In this document: in pieces, positions 32,716 through 43,500 of the stretch
Layout of the letters: every line of letters starts with the position of its first letter
Position numbering within the stretch: position 1 is the first letter of the stretch
Assembly: GCA_002404835.1 (NCBI GenBank)
Contig: DHKM01000035.1
Span: 32,921 to 96,920 of the forward strand
Source of the DNA: Bacillales bacterium UBA4694
GTDB taxonomy: Bacteria > Bacillota_I > Bacilli_A > RFN20 > CAG-288
DNA length: 64,000 nt
Direction of reading: 5' to 3'
Notes under the pieces: generated by a model
Told to the model about the DNA's origin: nothing
The model's input: only the letters and a program-made list of their open reading frames with translations
The model's database searches: none
Translations under genes and position numbers: made by a program

Positions 32716-34146
32716 ATGAAAAAAGAAAAGAAATGGTCTACAAAGAAGAAAGTCATAATTGCTGTCTTGGCTTCCGTCCTTTCGCTCTTTGTGATCCTAG
32801 GAGCCACTATCGGTGGATTTGTCCTATATTCGAAAGCTTATTCGGTCAAGAAAGGGAGTACGACATCCAAGAATCAGAACGGACTTATCATGCAGGGCCA
32901 TGAAGACCAGGACAGGCGCTCTTTGTATGACAAAAACGGTAACAAGATCGTTTTAAGAGGTGTCAATGCCGGAAACATACTTCTTCAGGAGGGATGGATG
33001 TCTCCTTTTGCGTTGGAACCGAAGGACGATAAGAATGGTGACCTTGTCAAGGACAAAGACGGGAATCTGAGCTATCCGGAGTTTACTCAAGAGGACTTTC
33101 TGTCTGCGCTTGACATGAATCCGAATCTGAAGGATTCCAAGGATGAACTGCTCGATAGTTATTACAAGACCTTCTTTTCCGAAGATGATTTCCGGATTGT
33201 CAAAGAGGAACTGAAGTTCAATTGCATCCGTCTTCCTTTCTATTGGAGAAATATCCTCAATGATGACTACAGCCGAAAAGAGGAATCGGTTGCTTTTTCG
33301 TATCTTGATTGGTTTTTGGAAAACTGCAGCAAGTATGAACTTTATCTGATTCTGGATCTTCATGGTGCTCCGCAAAGTCAGAACGGATATGAGCATTCGG
33401 GCATCATTCAGGATAAGGCTATGCTTTACAACGACAAGAAGGCTATGGAAGCTACCATCAATCTTTGGGGATATGTATCGGACTATTATACCAATCGTAA
33501 GCCGGAGCTTGGATCCTATATTGCCACATATGATCTTCTCAATGAACCTCAGACGGAAAAGAACACTCCGGAAGCAAAGGAATGTTTTGATCTCCAGGAT
33601 AAAATTTATCAGAGAATCAGGAAAAACAACGATAAACACCTTATTACCATCGAATCGGTGTGGGATTTTTCCGTATCACCGGATCCAAAAGAATATGGAT
33701 GGGAAAACATCATGTATGAGTACCATCATTACAATTGGAACAACAAAATTGTAACTATGGATGCCTTTATGGCGTATCACGACATGAAGCATATCGGTGC
33801 AGATTATGATGTCCCTATCTTCATCGGGGAATTTACCTATTTTGAAAACCGGAACAGTTGGAAAACGGCATTGGTGGATTGGTATGGGAAACGGGACTAT
33901 AGCTGGACCATTTGGTCATATAAGTGTACAGTTACCGGTTATTGGACGACTTCATGGGGCGTCTATACCGTGAATCTGAACTTGGATACAGAAAAAGAAG
34001 AAAAGAAATGCAACGTCTCTACGTGCACGAAGGAAGAATTCCTTTCTGCCGTAGAGAAGACGAAGACGGAAAACTGCAGCAAAGGAACTCTTTATGAGGT
34101 CATTCAGTCTTATCAGAAGGAATTCGACTCGGGTGCTTCTGATTGA
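32716..34146 (+). CDS. glycoside hydrolase family 5 (exo-beta-1,3-glucanase/cellulase-like), N-terminal TM anchored
   Basis: N-terminal anchor VIIAVLASVLSLFVILGATIGGFVLY. GH5 landmarks: LRGVNAGN, NCIRLPFYW, LDLHGAPQSQNG, acid/base YDLLNEPQ, YEYHHY, nucleophile IFIGEFTYF. Confidence 0.85.
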   Translation: MKKEKKWSTKKKVIIAVLASVLSLFVILGATIGGFVLYSKAYSVKKGSTTSKNQNGLIMQGHEDQDRRSLYDKNGNKIVLRGVNAGNILLQEGWMSPFALEPKDDKNGDLVKDKDGNLSYPEFTQEDFLSALDMNPNLKDSKDELLDSYYKTFFSEDDFRIVKEELKFNCIRLPFYWRNILNDDYSRKEESVAFSYLDWFLENCSKYELYLILDLHGAPQSQNGYEHSGIIQDKAMLYNDKKAMEATINLWGYVSDYYTNRKPELGSYIATYDLLNEPQTEKNTPEAKECFDLQDKIYQRIRKNNDKHLITIESVWDFSVSPDPKEYGWENIMYEYHHYNWNNKIVTMDAFMAYHDMKHIGADYDVPIFIGEFTYFENRNSWKTALVDWYGKRDYSWTIWSYKCTVTGYWTTSWGVYTVNLNLDTEKEEKKCNVSTCTKEEFLSAVEKTKTENCSKGTLYEVIQSYQKEFDSGASD

Positions 34147-34681
34147 AATATTCCTTCAGTCTTTCTTCTCCGAGCATCTTGTATCCGTCTATGGATTGGG
34201 ATTCGTATTTATCGACCCAGTGATTCAGAAGAAGGTATGGGTGTTCTTCCCCGGTTATTTTGAGGATTGTTTCCTCTGATGGTCTATACCCTTCTTTTTC
34301 GATTCTTCTGAAATTGCAATCCTCATCGGTCCTATTGTAGATAAGATGGCCTTCATACTTCGTTATGACAGCCTGATATGGGGTGTAGATGCAGTTTGTG
34401 GGACGGATATCATGAATCAGACAGCATTTCTCGGTTCGAAAGTAGCATTTGCGGTTCTTTCTGAAATTCTCTTCCACCTGTGCTCTTATTTGGTCATCGT
34501 TATCTAGTAGTTTTTTGATTTTTATCCACTCGTCTTCCCGGATATCGATATCATTGTCGATGCAGCATTTTCCTTTGAACGGGCAGTTGTTGCATTTCTT
34601 CCAGAAAGGATCTTTTTCCTCGAGTTCTTCGATTTCTTTGAACAGCTCTTTTTTGATTTCGTCCAGCGTATGGTTTTTCAT
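34100..34681 (-). CDS. YkgJ-family cysteine-cluster (putative Zn/Fe-binding) protein
   Basis: CNNCPFKGKCC (CxxCxxxxxCC) plus a second cluster KCYFRTEKCCLIHDIRPTNC. Weak SD. The 3' end overlaps the GH5 3' end by 47 nt. Confidence 0.65.
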   Translation of the reverse strand: MKNHTLDEIKKELFKEIEELEEKDPFWKKCNNCPFKGKCCIDNDIDIREDEWIKIKKLLDNDDQIRAQVEENFRKNRKCYFRTEKCCLIHDIRPTNCIYTPYQAVITKYEGHLIYNRTDEDCNFRRIEKEGYRPSEETILKITGEEHPYLLLNHWVDKYESQSIDGYKMLGEERLKEYFNQKHPSRIPSDKTE

Positions 34682-34794
34682 TCCTGTATTTTACGTCGAA
34701 AAAAAGCAAGTATATCAAACATTGATGTGAAAGAGCTTCCATACACTTCTTGTTTCTTTTATAATAGATATATGTAAAAAAGGAGGTAAATGAA

Positions 34795-35730
34795 ATGCCA
34801 TTCAAGAAAGTTGTTGTTGCCGGAGGCGGGGTTTTGGGATCACAAATTGCTTTTCAATGTGCAGTTAAAGGATTCGATGTCACTATCTGGCTAAGAAGCG
34901 AAGGTTCCATTGCCAGATGCAAACCAAAACTGGCAAAGAACAAAGAGGCTTATCTGAATGCTGTGGAAGATATGAAGAAGGGGATAACAGTCAGAGGCTT
35001 GTATGATGGAACTGGATTCAATCTTGCCATTGCCGATAAGCTGATCAGTCAGATTGAAAATGCTTCTTTGTCCATCAAACTGGAAACGGACCTCAAGAAG
35101 GCTGTTGAGGACTGCGATATTTTGATTGAGTCTATGGCCGAAAACAAAGAGGATAAGATTGCATTCTATAAGACGGTCGCTCCTCTTCTTCCGGAAAAGA
35201 CGGTTATCGTTACCAATTCTTCCACGATGCTTCCTTCGACATTTGCTAAATTCACCGGTCGTCCGGAAAAGTATCTTTCCCTTCATTTCGCCAATGAAAT
35301 CTGGAAGAACAATACGGCTGAAATCATGGGACAGGAAAAAACAGAGAAGAAGTACTATGATGAAGTCGTTGAATTCGCTTCCGGAATCGGTATGGAGCCT
35401 CTTAAGCTTCATAAGGAGAAGAATGGCTATATTCTCAACTCGATGCTGGTTCCTTTCCTTTTCTCGGCACTCGATCTTTACGCTACCGGAGTCTCCGATC
35501 CTGAAACCATCGACAAGACTTGGGTAATGGGAACCGGAGCTCCTGCTGGACCATTCCATATCATGGATGTCGTCGGCCTTCAGACGGTCTACAACATTGT
35601 CATGATGTATGTAAAGATTCCTTCGTTCCTTGCTCCGTATCATTTCAAGGAAATGGCCAAGCTTGTGAAGAAGATGCTTGATGAAGGAAAGACGGGAAGA
35701 GGAGCCGGAGAAGGTTTCTTCAAGTATTGA
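34795..35730 (+). CDS. 3-hydroxyacyl-CoA dehydrogenase family protein
   Basis: SD AAGGAGG. Rossmann VVVAGGGVLGSQIA, NSSTMLPS, HFANEIWKNNTAEIM, GYILNSMLVP and a C-terminal dimerisation-domain pattern typical of the 3HCDH family. Confidence 0.8.
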   Translation: MPFKKVVVAGGGVLGSQIAFQCAVKGFDVTIWLRSEGSIARCKPKLAKNKEAYLNAVEDMKKGITVRGLYDGTGFNLAIADKLISQIENASLSIKLETDLKKAVEDCDILIESMAENKEDKIAFYKTVAPLLPEKTVIVTNSSTMLPSTFAKFTGRPEKYLSLHFANEIWKNNTAEIMGQEKTEKKYYDEVVEFASGIGMEPLKLHKEKNGYILNSMLVPFLFSALDLYATGVSDPETIDKTWVMGTGAPAGPFHIMDVVGLQTVYNIVMMYVKIPSFLAPYHFKEMAKLVKKMLDEGKTGRGAGEGFFKY

Positions 35731-35736
35731 TGTTCG

Positions 35737-35766
35737 ACAGGGCTTTATGCCCTGTTTCTTTTTTTG
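35737..35766 (+). terminator. intrinsic terminator
   Basis: Stem acagggc / gccctgt with loop tttat, followed by ttctttttttg. Confidence 0.8.
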
Positions 35767-35779
35767 AGCATTCTTTTCT

Positions 35780-35808
35780 TTGGAAAAATAATCGCTGTCG
35801 GTTATAAT
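35780..35808 (+). promoter_or_regulatory. sigma70-type promoter
   Basis: TTGGAA (35780-85), a 17-nt spacer, then TATAAT (35803-08), 28 nt upstream of ATG 35837. Confidence 0.6.
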
Positions 35809-35836
35809 GAACTTCGTTTTTTGAAAGGATTCGAAT

Positions 35837-37324
35837 ATGAGAATTGGTTTTGACAACGACAAGTATCTGGAAATGCAATCCGAACAGATTCAGAAAAGGA
35901 TTGAAAAGTTCGGAGGGAAACTTTATTTGGAATTCGGAGGTAAGCTTTTCGACGACTACCATGCTTCAAGGGTTCTTCCCGGCTTTCTTCCCGATAGTAA
36001 ACTCCGTCTCCTTCTCAAGATGAAGGACAAGGCGGAAATTGTCATTGTCATTTCCGCTGAGACCATCGAACAGGCCAAAATCCGCGCTGACCTTGGTATC
36101 ACCTATGATCAGGATGTGTTCCGTCTTATCGATGCTTTCCAGGCAGCTGGACTTTATGTCGGAAGCGTCTGCCTGACTCATTTTGACAACAGCCAGAAGA
36201 AGGCGAAGGCATTTGAGAAGACGCTTGAGAAGCAAGGCATCAAGACCTATAGGCATTATGTCATCAAGGGGTATCCTTATGATGTGGATACGATTGTCTC
36301 GGATAACGGACTGGGAAAGAACGAGTACATTGAAACGACTCGCTCCCTTGTTGTGGTCACAGCCCCAGGACCGGGTGCCGGGAAGATGGCAACCTGCATC
36401 TCGCAGATCTACCAGGACAGCAAACGGGGAATCAAATCCGGCTATGCGAAGTTCGAGACCTTCCCGGTCTGGAATCTTCCTTTGAAACATCCGGTCAATC
36501 TGGCCTATGAGGCAGCAACGGCTGATCTTGATGATATCAATATGATTGATCCCTATCATCTCGAAGCGTATCAGATTGCCACGGTGAATTACAACCGGGA
36601 TATCGAAATCTATCCTGTCCTGAGAAGATTGTTCGAGAAGATTTTCACTATGTGCCCGTATTTATCTCCTACGGATATGGGAGTCAATATGGCCGGATAC
36701 TGCATCGTCGACGACAAAGTCTGCCGGGAGGCCTCAAGACAGGAAATCATCCGCCGATACCTGAAGGCTCTGATTGATTTCCGGAATGAGAAGATCTCCG
36801 AATCTACTTTGAGGAAAATCGAGGGTATCATGCAGGAAAATTCCATCTCAGTCAATGAACGGAAATGTGTCCAACCTTGCATAGAGAAGGCAAACCGCCT
36901 CGGACAACCTGTATCCTGCATGGAGCTTGAGGATGGAACTCTGATTCTTGGAAAGAACTCGACACTGCTTGGTGCGACATCTGCTATGCTTTTGAACGCA
37001 TTGAAGCACTTGGCCGGAATCTCCGACAAGGTCCTCCTTCTTCCGCCTTCGGTCCTGGAACCGGTCTGCAGGCTGAAGACACATGAACTTGGCGGTCACA
37101 ATCCTAGACTTCATGTCAACGAGATTCTGATTGTATTATCCATTTCTGCACTTACCAATCCACTTGCCAGTCTTGCCTTGGAACAGCTTGATAAACTGAA
37201 AGGCTGTCAAAGCCATTCTTCGGTCATTCTTTCCCAAGTGGATCTTGATACGCTTAAGAAACTGGGAATCGATCATACCTGCCAGGCCAAATACGAGACC
37301 AAGAAGTTATATCACGCAAAATGA
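35837..37324 (+). CDS. DUF1846/UPF0371 family protein
   Basis: N-terminus MRIGFDNDKYLEMQSEQIQKRIEKFGGKLYLEFGGKLFDDYHASRVLPGF matches the conserved start of UPF0371 proteins of Firmicutes. Length of ~495 aa is typical. Confidence 0.8.
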   Translation: MRIGFDNDKYLEMQSEQIQKRIEKFGGKLYLEFGGKLFDDYHASRVLPGFLPDSKLRLLLKMKDKAEIVIVISAETIEQAKIRADLGITYDQDVFRLIDAFQAAGLYVGSVCLTHFDNSQKKAKAFEKTLEKQGIKTYRHYVIKGYPYDVDTIVSDNGLGKNEYIETTRSLVVVTAPGPGAGKMATCISQIYQDSKRGIKSGYAKFETFPVWNLPLKHPVNLAYEAATADLDDINMIDPYHLEAYQIATVNYNRDIEIYPVLRRLFEKIFTMCPYLSPTDMGVNMAGYCIVDDKVCREASRQEIIRRYLKALIDFRNEKISESTLRKIEGIMQENSISVNERKCVQPCIEKANRLGQPVSCMELEDGTLILGKNSTLLGATSAMLLNALKHLAGISDKVLLLPPSVLEPVCRLKTHELGGHNPRLHVNEILIVLSISALTNPLASLALEQLDKLKGCQSHSSVILSQVDLDTLKKLGIDHTCQAKYETKKLYHAK

Positions 37325-37326
37325 GA

Positions 37327-37373
37327 AAAAGAGGACTGCCTGACTTTAGAAGCGGGGCGGTCCTCTTTTGTTT
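37327..37373 (+). terminator. intrinsic terminator
   Basis: Stem aaaagaggac (37327-36) / gtcctctttt (37360-69), then gttt. The loop is large at 23 nt. Confidence 0.55.
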
Positions 37374-37376
37374 CAT

Positions 37377-37402
37377 ATAAAAAACGGCACCTTGAGGTGC
37401 CG
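37377..37402 (-). terminator. intrinsic terminator for the minus-strand lipoprotein/membrane operon
   Basis: Stem cggcacc / ggtgccg with a 4-nt loop. The minus strand continues with T6. Confidence 0.8.
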
Positions 37403-37407
37403 TAAAT

Positions 37408-37995
37408 TTACCCGGCCTTGTTCTTGTTGCTGTAATAGGCTCCTCCGAAAAGAAGAGCAAGGGAACCGGTATAGAGCATGGTTTCGAACATTTTTGCCAA
37501 CGAGAAGGCTTCGCTGTTGACAAGACTGATGATGAGAACGACGATGTAGGATACCATGACGAAAAAGGCATAGCCTAGACAGGAGAAACTGAATATCATT
37601 CCTAAAAGTTTCTCCGGAATGAAGAGCATGACCACTCCGCAGACGAGAATGAGCAGATAGAACATTTCGGCTATGGAGGTGATGACGCTGTTGGCTATCT
37701 GGTTTCCGAAGTTCATGGAATAGTGGCCTACGATGATCAGTATCAGTAGGGAAGGTGCAATCGCTGTTGTTGTCGACAGATTGTCTCTTGTCTTGAATAG
37801 GATGAAAAAGTAGAAAAAGAAGAGAAGGAAGATGACAAAGACATCGACGATGAAATTCATTACGGAAACAACAGTGTTTCCTATAGAGGGTACGCCTTTT
37901 TTGATGAGGTAGTAGATGATCAGCGTGATTCCGGAAATCAGAAAGAGGGCGTGACTCAAGGATATTCTTCGTTTTGTGGTTTTGTTTTTTGCCAT
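37408..37995 (-). CDS. polytopic membrane protein (195 aa), unknown function
   Basis: Five to six hydrophobic helices (ALFLISGITLIIYYLI, FIVDVFVIFLLFFFYFFILF, APSLLILIIVGHY, MFYLLILVCGVVMLFI, GYAFFVMVSYIVVLIISLV). Starts 11 nt after the upstream lipoprotein stop. Confidence 0.75.
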   Translation of the reverse strand: MAKNKTTKRRISLSHALFLISGITLIIYYLIKKGVPSIGNTVVSVMNFIVDVFVIFLLFFFYFFILFKTRDNLSTTTAIAPSLLILIIVGHYSMNFGNQIANSVITSIAEMFYLLILVCGVVMLFIPEKLLGMIFSFSCLGYAFFVMVSYIVVLIISLVNSEAFSLAKMFETMLYTGSLALLFGGAYYSNKNKAG

Positions 37996-38006
37996 ATTTT
38001 ATTTCC

Positions 38007-40319
38007 CTATTTTCCTAAACGAATGATCAAAACCTTCGATGAAGTCAGAGATGAGACATAGATTCTCATGGTTCCTTTTCCTCCGAGGATTTTCGCAGTC
38101 GTCATCATGCTTCCATCCGTGGAATCAACAAAGTCCAGGGAGAGTTTGTCTTTCAGGTCCTTCTTGATTTCACCAAGCAGCTGATAGGCCTTTTCGGAAT
38201 CGTTTCCTTCGGTGGAAAGAACGATATAGAGGTTATTGTTGACGTTGTTGAGGATGGTGTAACGATAAAGCTTCTGAACGAGTTCTGAAGAAAAGATGTT
38301 GATGGAATCCAGATTGGTGTTTTTTCCATAAAGGTTTTCGAGGAGGTCTTTTCCGGTTTCCTTCAAGGCGTTTCCGTTGCTGTCGATAATGTCTTTCATC
38401 TCGGCATAGTTTTTCACGGTTGTAAAGGTGCTGTAGGAAGAGAAGTCTGCAGTTTCCAGAGGAATGGAGGATGTGGATTTGATGTTTGAGAAATCCTCGA
38501 CATATTTCCCTTCTTTGGTGTTGTAGGTAAAGCCTTTGAAGACGCCAGCCTTACTGACGGTTAGTTCAAGTGTGGTTGCGTCCGAGGCACTGGAATCGGT
38601 TGTGAGTACGGTGGCGACATAGGCTGGATTGAGTTCCTTCTTCAGAGTGAAATGATAGTCTTCATCGTTTTTCTCTTCGTAGTCGAAGAGTTCCTTTGCG
38701 AATTGGAAGGTGGGGAGCCCGCTTCTTTGCGAAAGGACTTTGTATTCTCCTTTAGCGATTTTGTTTCCCTCTTCGCTAGAATAATAGTCGAAATCATTTT
38801 CGTTTACTTTGTGGACTCCGGAATAGACTTCGCTTGAAAGCTGGATGTCCGTTGTTTCGTTTAAGGTTCCGGAATAGATGAATTCACCCTTGATGCTGAT
38901 CTCTGGATTTGTGGCGGAGGACAAATCAAGCTTCAGTGTTTTTCCGTTTTCCTGGAAAAGAAGCTTGTTCGAACCGTCATAAGGCCAGTCTTTTCCGTGT
39001 CCGACTTGCGCCGTTGTCGGGTCATAGGTGAAGGTAGCGACGATTTCGCCGCCTTCGTTTCTGCTCACTTCACAGGAATAGGGTGTCGTGCTTTCTTTGC
39101 CGTTTGTCTCTGTCGAGGTGCAGACCAGGGTATACTTTCCGTCCAGACTTGTGTAGATGGTTTTTGTGTTCTTGATGTTTCCTGCTTTGTATGTCCTATA
39201 GTAATCGTAGAGACTATATCCTTCTTCCGTGATATATCCCTTGGATTCCCTTAGAAGGATTCCAGATTCATCCTTATATTGGCTGCTATAGGTATAGCTT
39301 CCTTCTCTTAATTCCTTTAAGGCTTTATCCAGGGTATCGAAATAGTCTTTCTCATCGCTCTTGATGGAATAAGGTTTTACTTCTATGTCTTCCATGGTGA
39401 CGGTTGTCTCGTTAACTGCGGCGATGTCTGTGGCAAAGCTTGCCTCGAATTTTGCTTTTCCGACACTTCCGAAGTCGGCAAGGTCGAGACTCATGCTATA
39501 GGTTCCGCCATAGCCGACGATATCTCTGTTGTCTGTGATGACGTAAGCATCTTTTAACCGGATGTTTCCGGCCTGGAACGCATTTTGGAATGTGGATAAA
39601 GTCGGATGCGTGTTCGGATTTATGGTCATTCGGAATACGTCGTTGAATCTTTGCAAGGCATTCCTGTCGGAAATGGAAAAATAATCATAGGCAAAGTAGT
39701 CTTTTTCATCCACTGTTTTATCGTATGTGAAATCTTCTGCCTCCAAGGAACCGAGCACATTTTGGAAGATGAGGTCATCGAATTTGATTTCCTTGTAATT
39801 GGAATCATAGACCGGGGCGATGGCAACTGTATTGTTGATATCTGGGTCGGTGTAATAGCAGGCGATTCCTTTGTCATCTCTGAAATAGCCTGTTTTCGTT
39901 GTCACATCACCGATTTCGTAGGTGTCTTCATCCGTCACTTCCTTGGACGTAACGGTTTCCTGGTAGAAGCCGTCGGACATTCTGGTTGTGGTTTTGCTTT
40001 CGTGGTTCTCTACGGATGTTTCAAGGCCTTTTTCCACGGTAATCTTGAGATTGTAATCGGTCGTGAGAGTAATGCTTTTTCCTGAAACGAGGTCAATGTC
40101 TTCTTGGCTGAGTTCTTTTTCGGTCGGGACGTTGCTTTCGCTTGTGTGGCTTGTCGAGTTGTCGCTTTTCTTGTCAGTGGTTTTATCTGTTCTCTGGCTT
40201 GCGGTCAAATGCGAGTTCTGGTTTTCGCTGTTTTTGCTATCCGCTGTGGTGCTTTTTTTACTGCAACCGGCTAGCAGTAAGCATAACGACAATATACTGA
40301 TGATGTTTTTTTGTCTCAT
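38007..40319 (-). CDS. surface lipoprotein (770 aa), unknown function
   Basis: SD AAGGAG. MRQKNIISILSLCLLLAGC is a signal peptide plus lipobox, followed by an S/T/N/K-rich linker. Confidence 0.85.
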   Translation of the reverse strand: MRQKNIISILSLCLLLAGCSKKSTTADSKNSENQNSHLTASQRTDKTTDKKSDNSTSHTSESNVPTEKELSQEDIDLVSGKSITLTTDYNLKITVEKGLETSVENHESKTTTRMSDGFYQETVTSKEVTDEDTYEIGDVTTKTGYFRDDKGIACYYTDPDINNTVAIAPVYDSNYKEIKFDDLIFQNVLGSLEAEDFTYDKTVDEKDYFAYDYFSISDRNALQRFNDVFRMTINPNTHPTLSTFQNAFQAGNIRLKDAYVITDNRDIVGYGGTYSMSLDLADFGSVGKAKFEASFATDIAAVNETTVTMEDIEVKPYSIKSDEKDYFDTLDKALKELREGSYTYSSQYKDESGILLRESKGYITEEGYSLYDYYRTYKAGNIKNTKTIYTSLDGKYTLVCTSTETNGKESTTPYSCEVSRNEGGEIVATFTYDPTTAQVGHGKDWPYDGSNKLLFQENGKTLKLDLSSATNPEISIKGEFIYSGTLNETTDIQLSSEVYSGVHKVNENDFDYYSSEEGNKIAKGEYKVLSQRSGLPTFQFAKELFDYEEKNDEDYHFTLKKELNPAYVATVLTTDSSASDATTLELTVSKAGVFKGFTYNTKEGKYVEDFSNIKSTSSIPLETADFSSYSTFTTVKNYAEMKDIIDSNGNALKETGKDLLENLYGKNTNLDSINIFSSELVQKLYRYTILNNVNNNLYIVLSTEGNDSEKAYQLLGEIKKDLKDKLSLDFVDSTDGSMMTTAKILGGKGTMRIYVSSLTSSKVLIIRLGK

Positions 40320-40586
40320 ATGTGCTCCTTGTTATCGTGAATAGTTTAAACGTTCCTTTCCGGATTTCAAATCTATAAATGACAAACTTGTAAAATCAAG
40401 GTATTCCCCTTTAAAAGTGAAGCGCTTTCATGACTTCATGGCGCTTCGAATTTGGAGATTCTTTTTGTTTTGTATAATTTCTGTTTTTATTCCACGGTTT
40501 TAACGATATAATTATGGTTATCACACTAAAAGGGTTTTAGTATGGTTATTTGCTGAATATGTAATTTCGGCATGAAAGGATAACTT

Positions 40587-43500
40587 ATGAAGAAAAAAGT
40601 CACAAAGATCGTCTCTATTGCAGCCTTAGCCTTACTTCTTGCTTCCTGCAACAACACTTCTAACAGCCAAAGCAAAACGAGCCACAATTCTGAGGCACCG
40701 ATCAGCAATCGTACTTCGACTACGGATCAAAAAGATTCCAAGAAGACGAATTCGGCTAAGCCCTCTTCGGATAAGGAAAGTGAAAAGACAAATTCCGGTT
40801 CTTCTAGCACGACAAAGTCTGATTCTACAGACCCGATTGTCTACTATACGGTTACTTTCGATCTTGATGGTGGCACTATTGCCGATCCAACTGCCGTAAA
40901 AACTCAGAAAGTCCAGGAAGGACGATGGGCCAAGAAGCCGATTATCTCACCGACCAAGGACCATTGCGAATTTTTAGGTTGGTATGATTCAGAATTCCTT
41001 TATAACTTCAATCAGCCTGTCTATGGCAATCTCAACCTCAAGGCAAAGTGGAGTGTGAACGAAGAGGAAAAGGTCACTCTTACCATCGATCCTAACAATG
41101 GCCAAAGCACTTATACAGTTGATACATTCCTGGGAGATTATGTTTCCTTGGATACTCCTTCAAAGGAAGGCATGGTTTTCACTGGATGGTATCTGAATGA
41201 CGATGAAAGTCAGAAATTCACGGGACGTGTCACAGAAGAAGCACGCGATTCTTCAAGAATCGTCGCTCATTATGAGAAACAGTCCTTCAATTACAAGTTT
41301 ATTGTGAACGATGATGGTACTGTGACGATTACCGGCATTTATGATATTGATTCCGTCGTTTTGAATATCCCGTCAACTATCAATGGCAGAAATGTTACGG
41401 CTATCGGAGAGAATGCTTTCAACAGCCGCATCAGTATTACCGATATCGATATTCCAAGTACCGTCACTTCGATTTCTCCTAAGGCTTTCGTGGGTGCCCG
41501 TGCCCTGAAATCTATTACCGTCAACAGCAACAACACGGCTTTTGAATCCGATGGCGGAGTCCTTTATACCAAAGGTAAGACGGAAATCGTTTTCTGCCCT
41601 CCGAAATATACGACATCTGCTTTCACACTTCCGGATACAGTAGTCAAAGTCGGGGACTATGCGTTCTATGGGCATAGCGATTCCGGTATTTCTTCCATCA
41701 ATTTCAATGAAGGACTTGAGGAAATCGGTGCCTATGCCTTCTATGAAAACGAAAAAATCACTTCGCTTACTTTCCCAAGCACATTGAAGAAGATCGGTGG
41801 TCATGCGTTTTATTCCAATGGACAAGGAACGAATCAATTGAACCTTTCCTGGAACGAGGGACTTGAGGAAATCGGTGAGGATGCTTTCCTTGGCCAATAT
41901 ATCAAGGGAACTCTTTCATTCCCAAGTACAGTCAAAGTAATTGGCGATTATAGTTTCTGTACTCCAGCCGACTCGCACTGTGCGATTACCAAAGTTGAAC
42001 TTCCTGCTTCTCTTGAAACATTCGGAAACGGCGCATTCTTCTATGGTGTAGGTATCGAATCCATCAGCATTCCGGATTCCAACAAGAATTTCAAGGTCGT
42101 CGATGATGTCCTTTACTCCAAGGATGGGACCAAATTGGTTTGGTGTCCTAGCGATATGGCCGTCCATCAGAACATTTCCGAATTCGATATTCCTTCCGGT
42201 GTGATCGAACTTCTTCCTCATTCTATGAGTGATATCCGTTATGTTGACGGCATCAACTTCCCTTCAACTCTCAAGAAAATCGATGATAATGCCTTCCATA
42301 ACAATTATTACCTTACTTCTCTTGTCATTCCGGATAGCGTAACCGAAATCGGAGAAGAAGCTTTCATGATGATGGATAAACTTACTTCCGTCACCTTCGG
42401 AAAGGGAGTGAAGAACATTCCTGAGGCAGCCTTCTATGAATGTTCCTCTATGACGGATGTGGAAATCCCTGCTTTTATCGATACAGTCGAAAAGGATGCC
42501 TTCTTCGGATGCAATCTGAAGAGTGTTACCTTCCATGAAGGTCTTAAGTCTATCGGCGATACTGCTTTTGCCGCCTATACGACCGGAAGTGGAAAAATCA
42601 CCAGTCTTGTCTTCCCGGATTCTCTTCAGTCCATCGGAGCAAGCGCATTTGCCGGTCAAAGCAATATCAAGACGATTACTTTCGGAAAGAACATCAATAA
42701 CATCGGAGGCAACGCCTTTGGAGAATATGGCGGAAATGCTGCTCCGGTGCCTAGCGAACTTCTCGCTACACCAGATGCCATTCAGGCCGGCCTGAAGGTG
42801 GCTAATGATACTCTGATTTCCGCAGATGGAAAGAAAGCCATGTACTGTGTGGCTGGTTATACAGGTGCCATTGTTCTTCCTGAAGGTGTCGAAGAGGTTT
42901 CTCCTTATGCGTTCAAGAGAGTCAAAGCCACTTCGGTTAAGCTTCCCTCTACTTTGAAGACAATCGGAGAAGGTGCTTTCGAATATGCCTTTGTCTATAA
43001 GAAAGGTGAAACGGAAGTCAAATTGGATATTCCTGCTAGTGTTTCTACAATCGGAGAAGGTGCTTTCTACTTCTCCAATGTTGCTTCTTTGACCCTTCAT
43101 CAGGGACTTGAGGAAATCGGTACTTCAGCATTTGAGATGGCGATGGATCTGACAGGAAGCGTCGAATTCCCGGCATCCGTAAAGAAAATCGGTGATGATG
43201 CTTTTGCAAATTCCAGCCTTTTAGGTATTACGTTCAATGAAGGACTCGAAGAAATCGGAAAAGAAGCTTTCTTAGGAAACAATCAGCTGAGCGGTGTCTT
43301 AGCTCTTCCGTCAACTTTGAAATCCATCGGTGAAGCAGCCTTTGTCGGAAGACGTAATTCCTATTCCAACAGTCTTACTGATATCACGCTTCCGAATGGT
43401 TCGAACTATTTTGCTGTCGAAAATACCGCTCTTTACAACAAGGATAAGACAAGACTTGTCTATGTCCCGGCAAGAACCACACAGACTTCGATTACATTTG

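Noticed and set aside
37385-37402. Nearly identical hairpins cggcacc-N4-ggtgccg at 37385-37402 and 63244-63261, considered as a dispersed REP-like element.
   Set aside because: Only a 7-bp GC-rich stem is shared, both sit exactly where a minus-strand terminator is expected, and the flanks differ. These are convergent terminator sequences rather than a mobile repeat.
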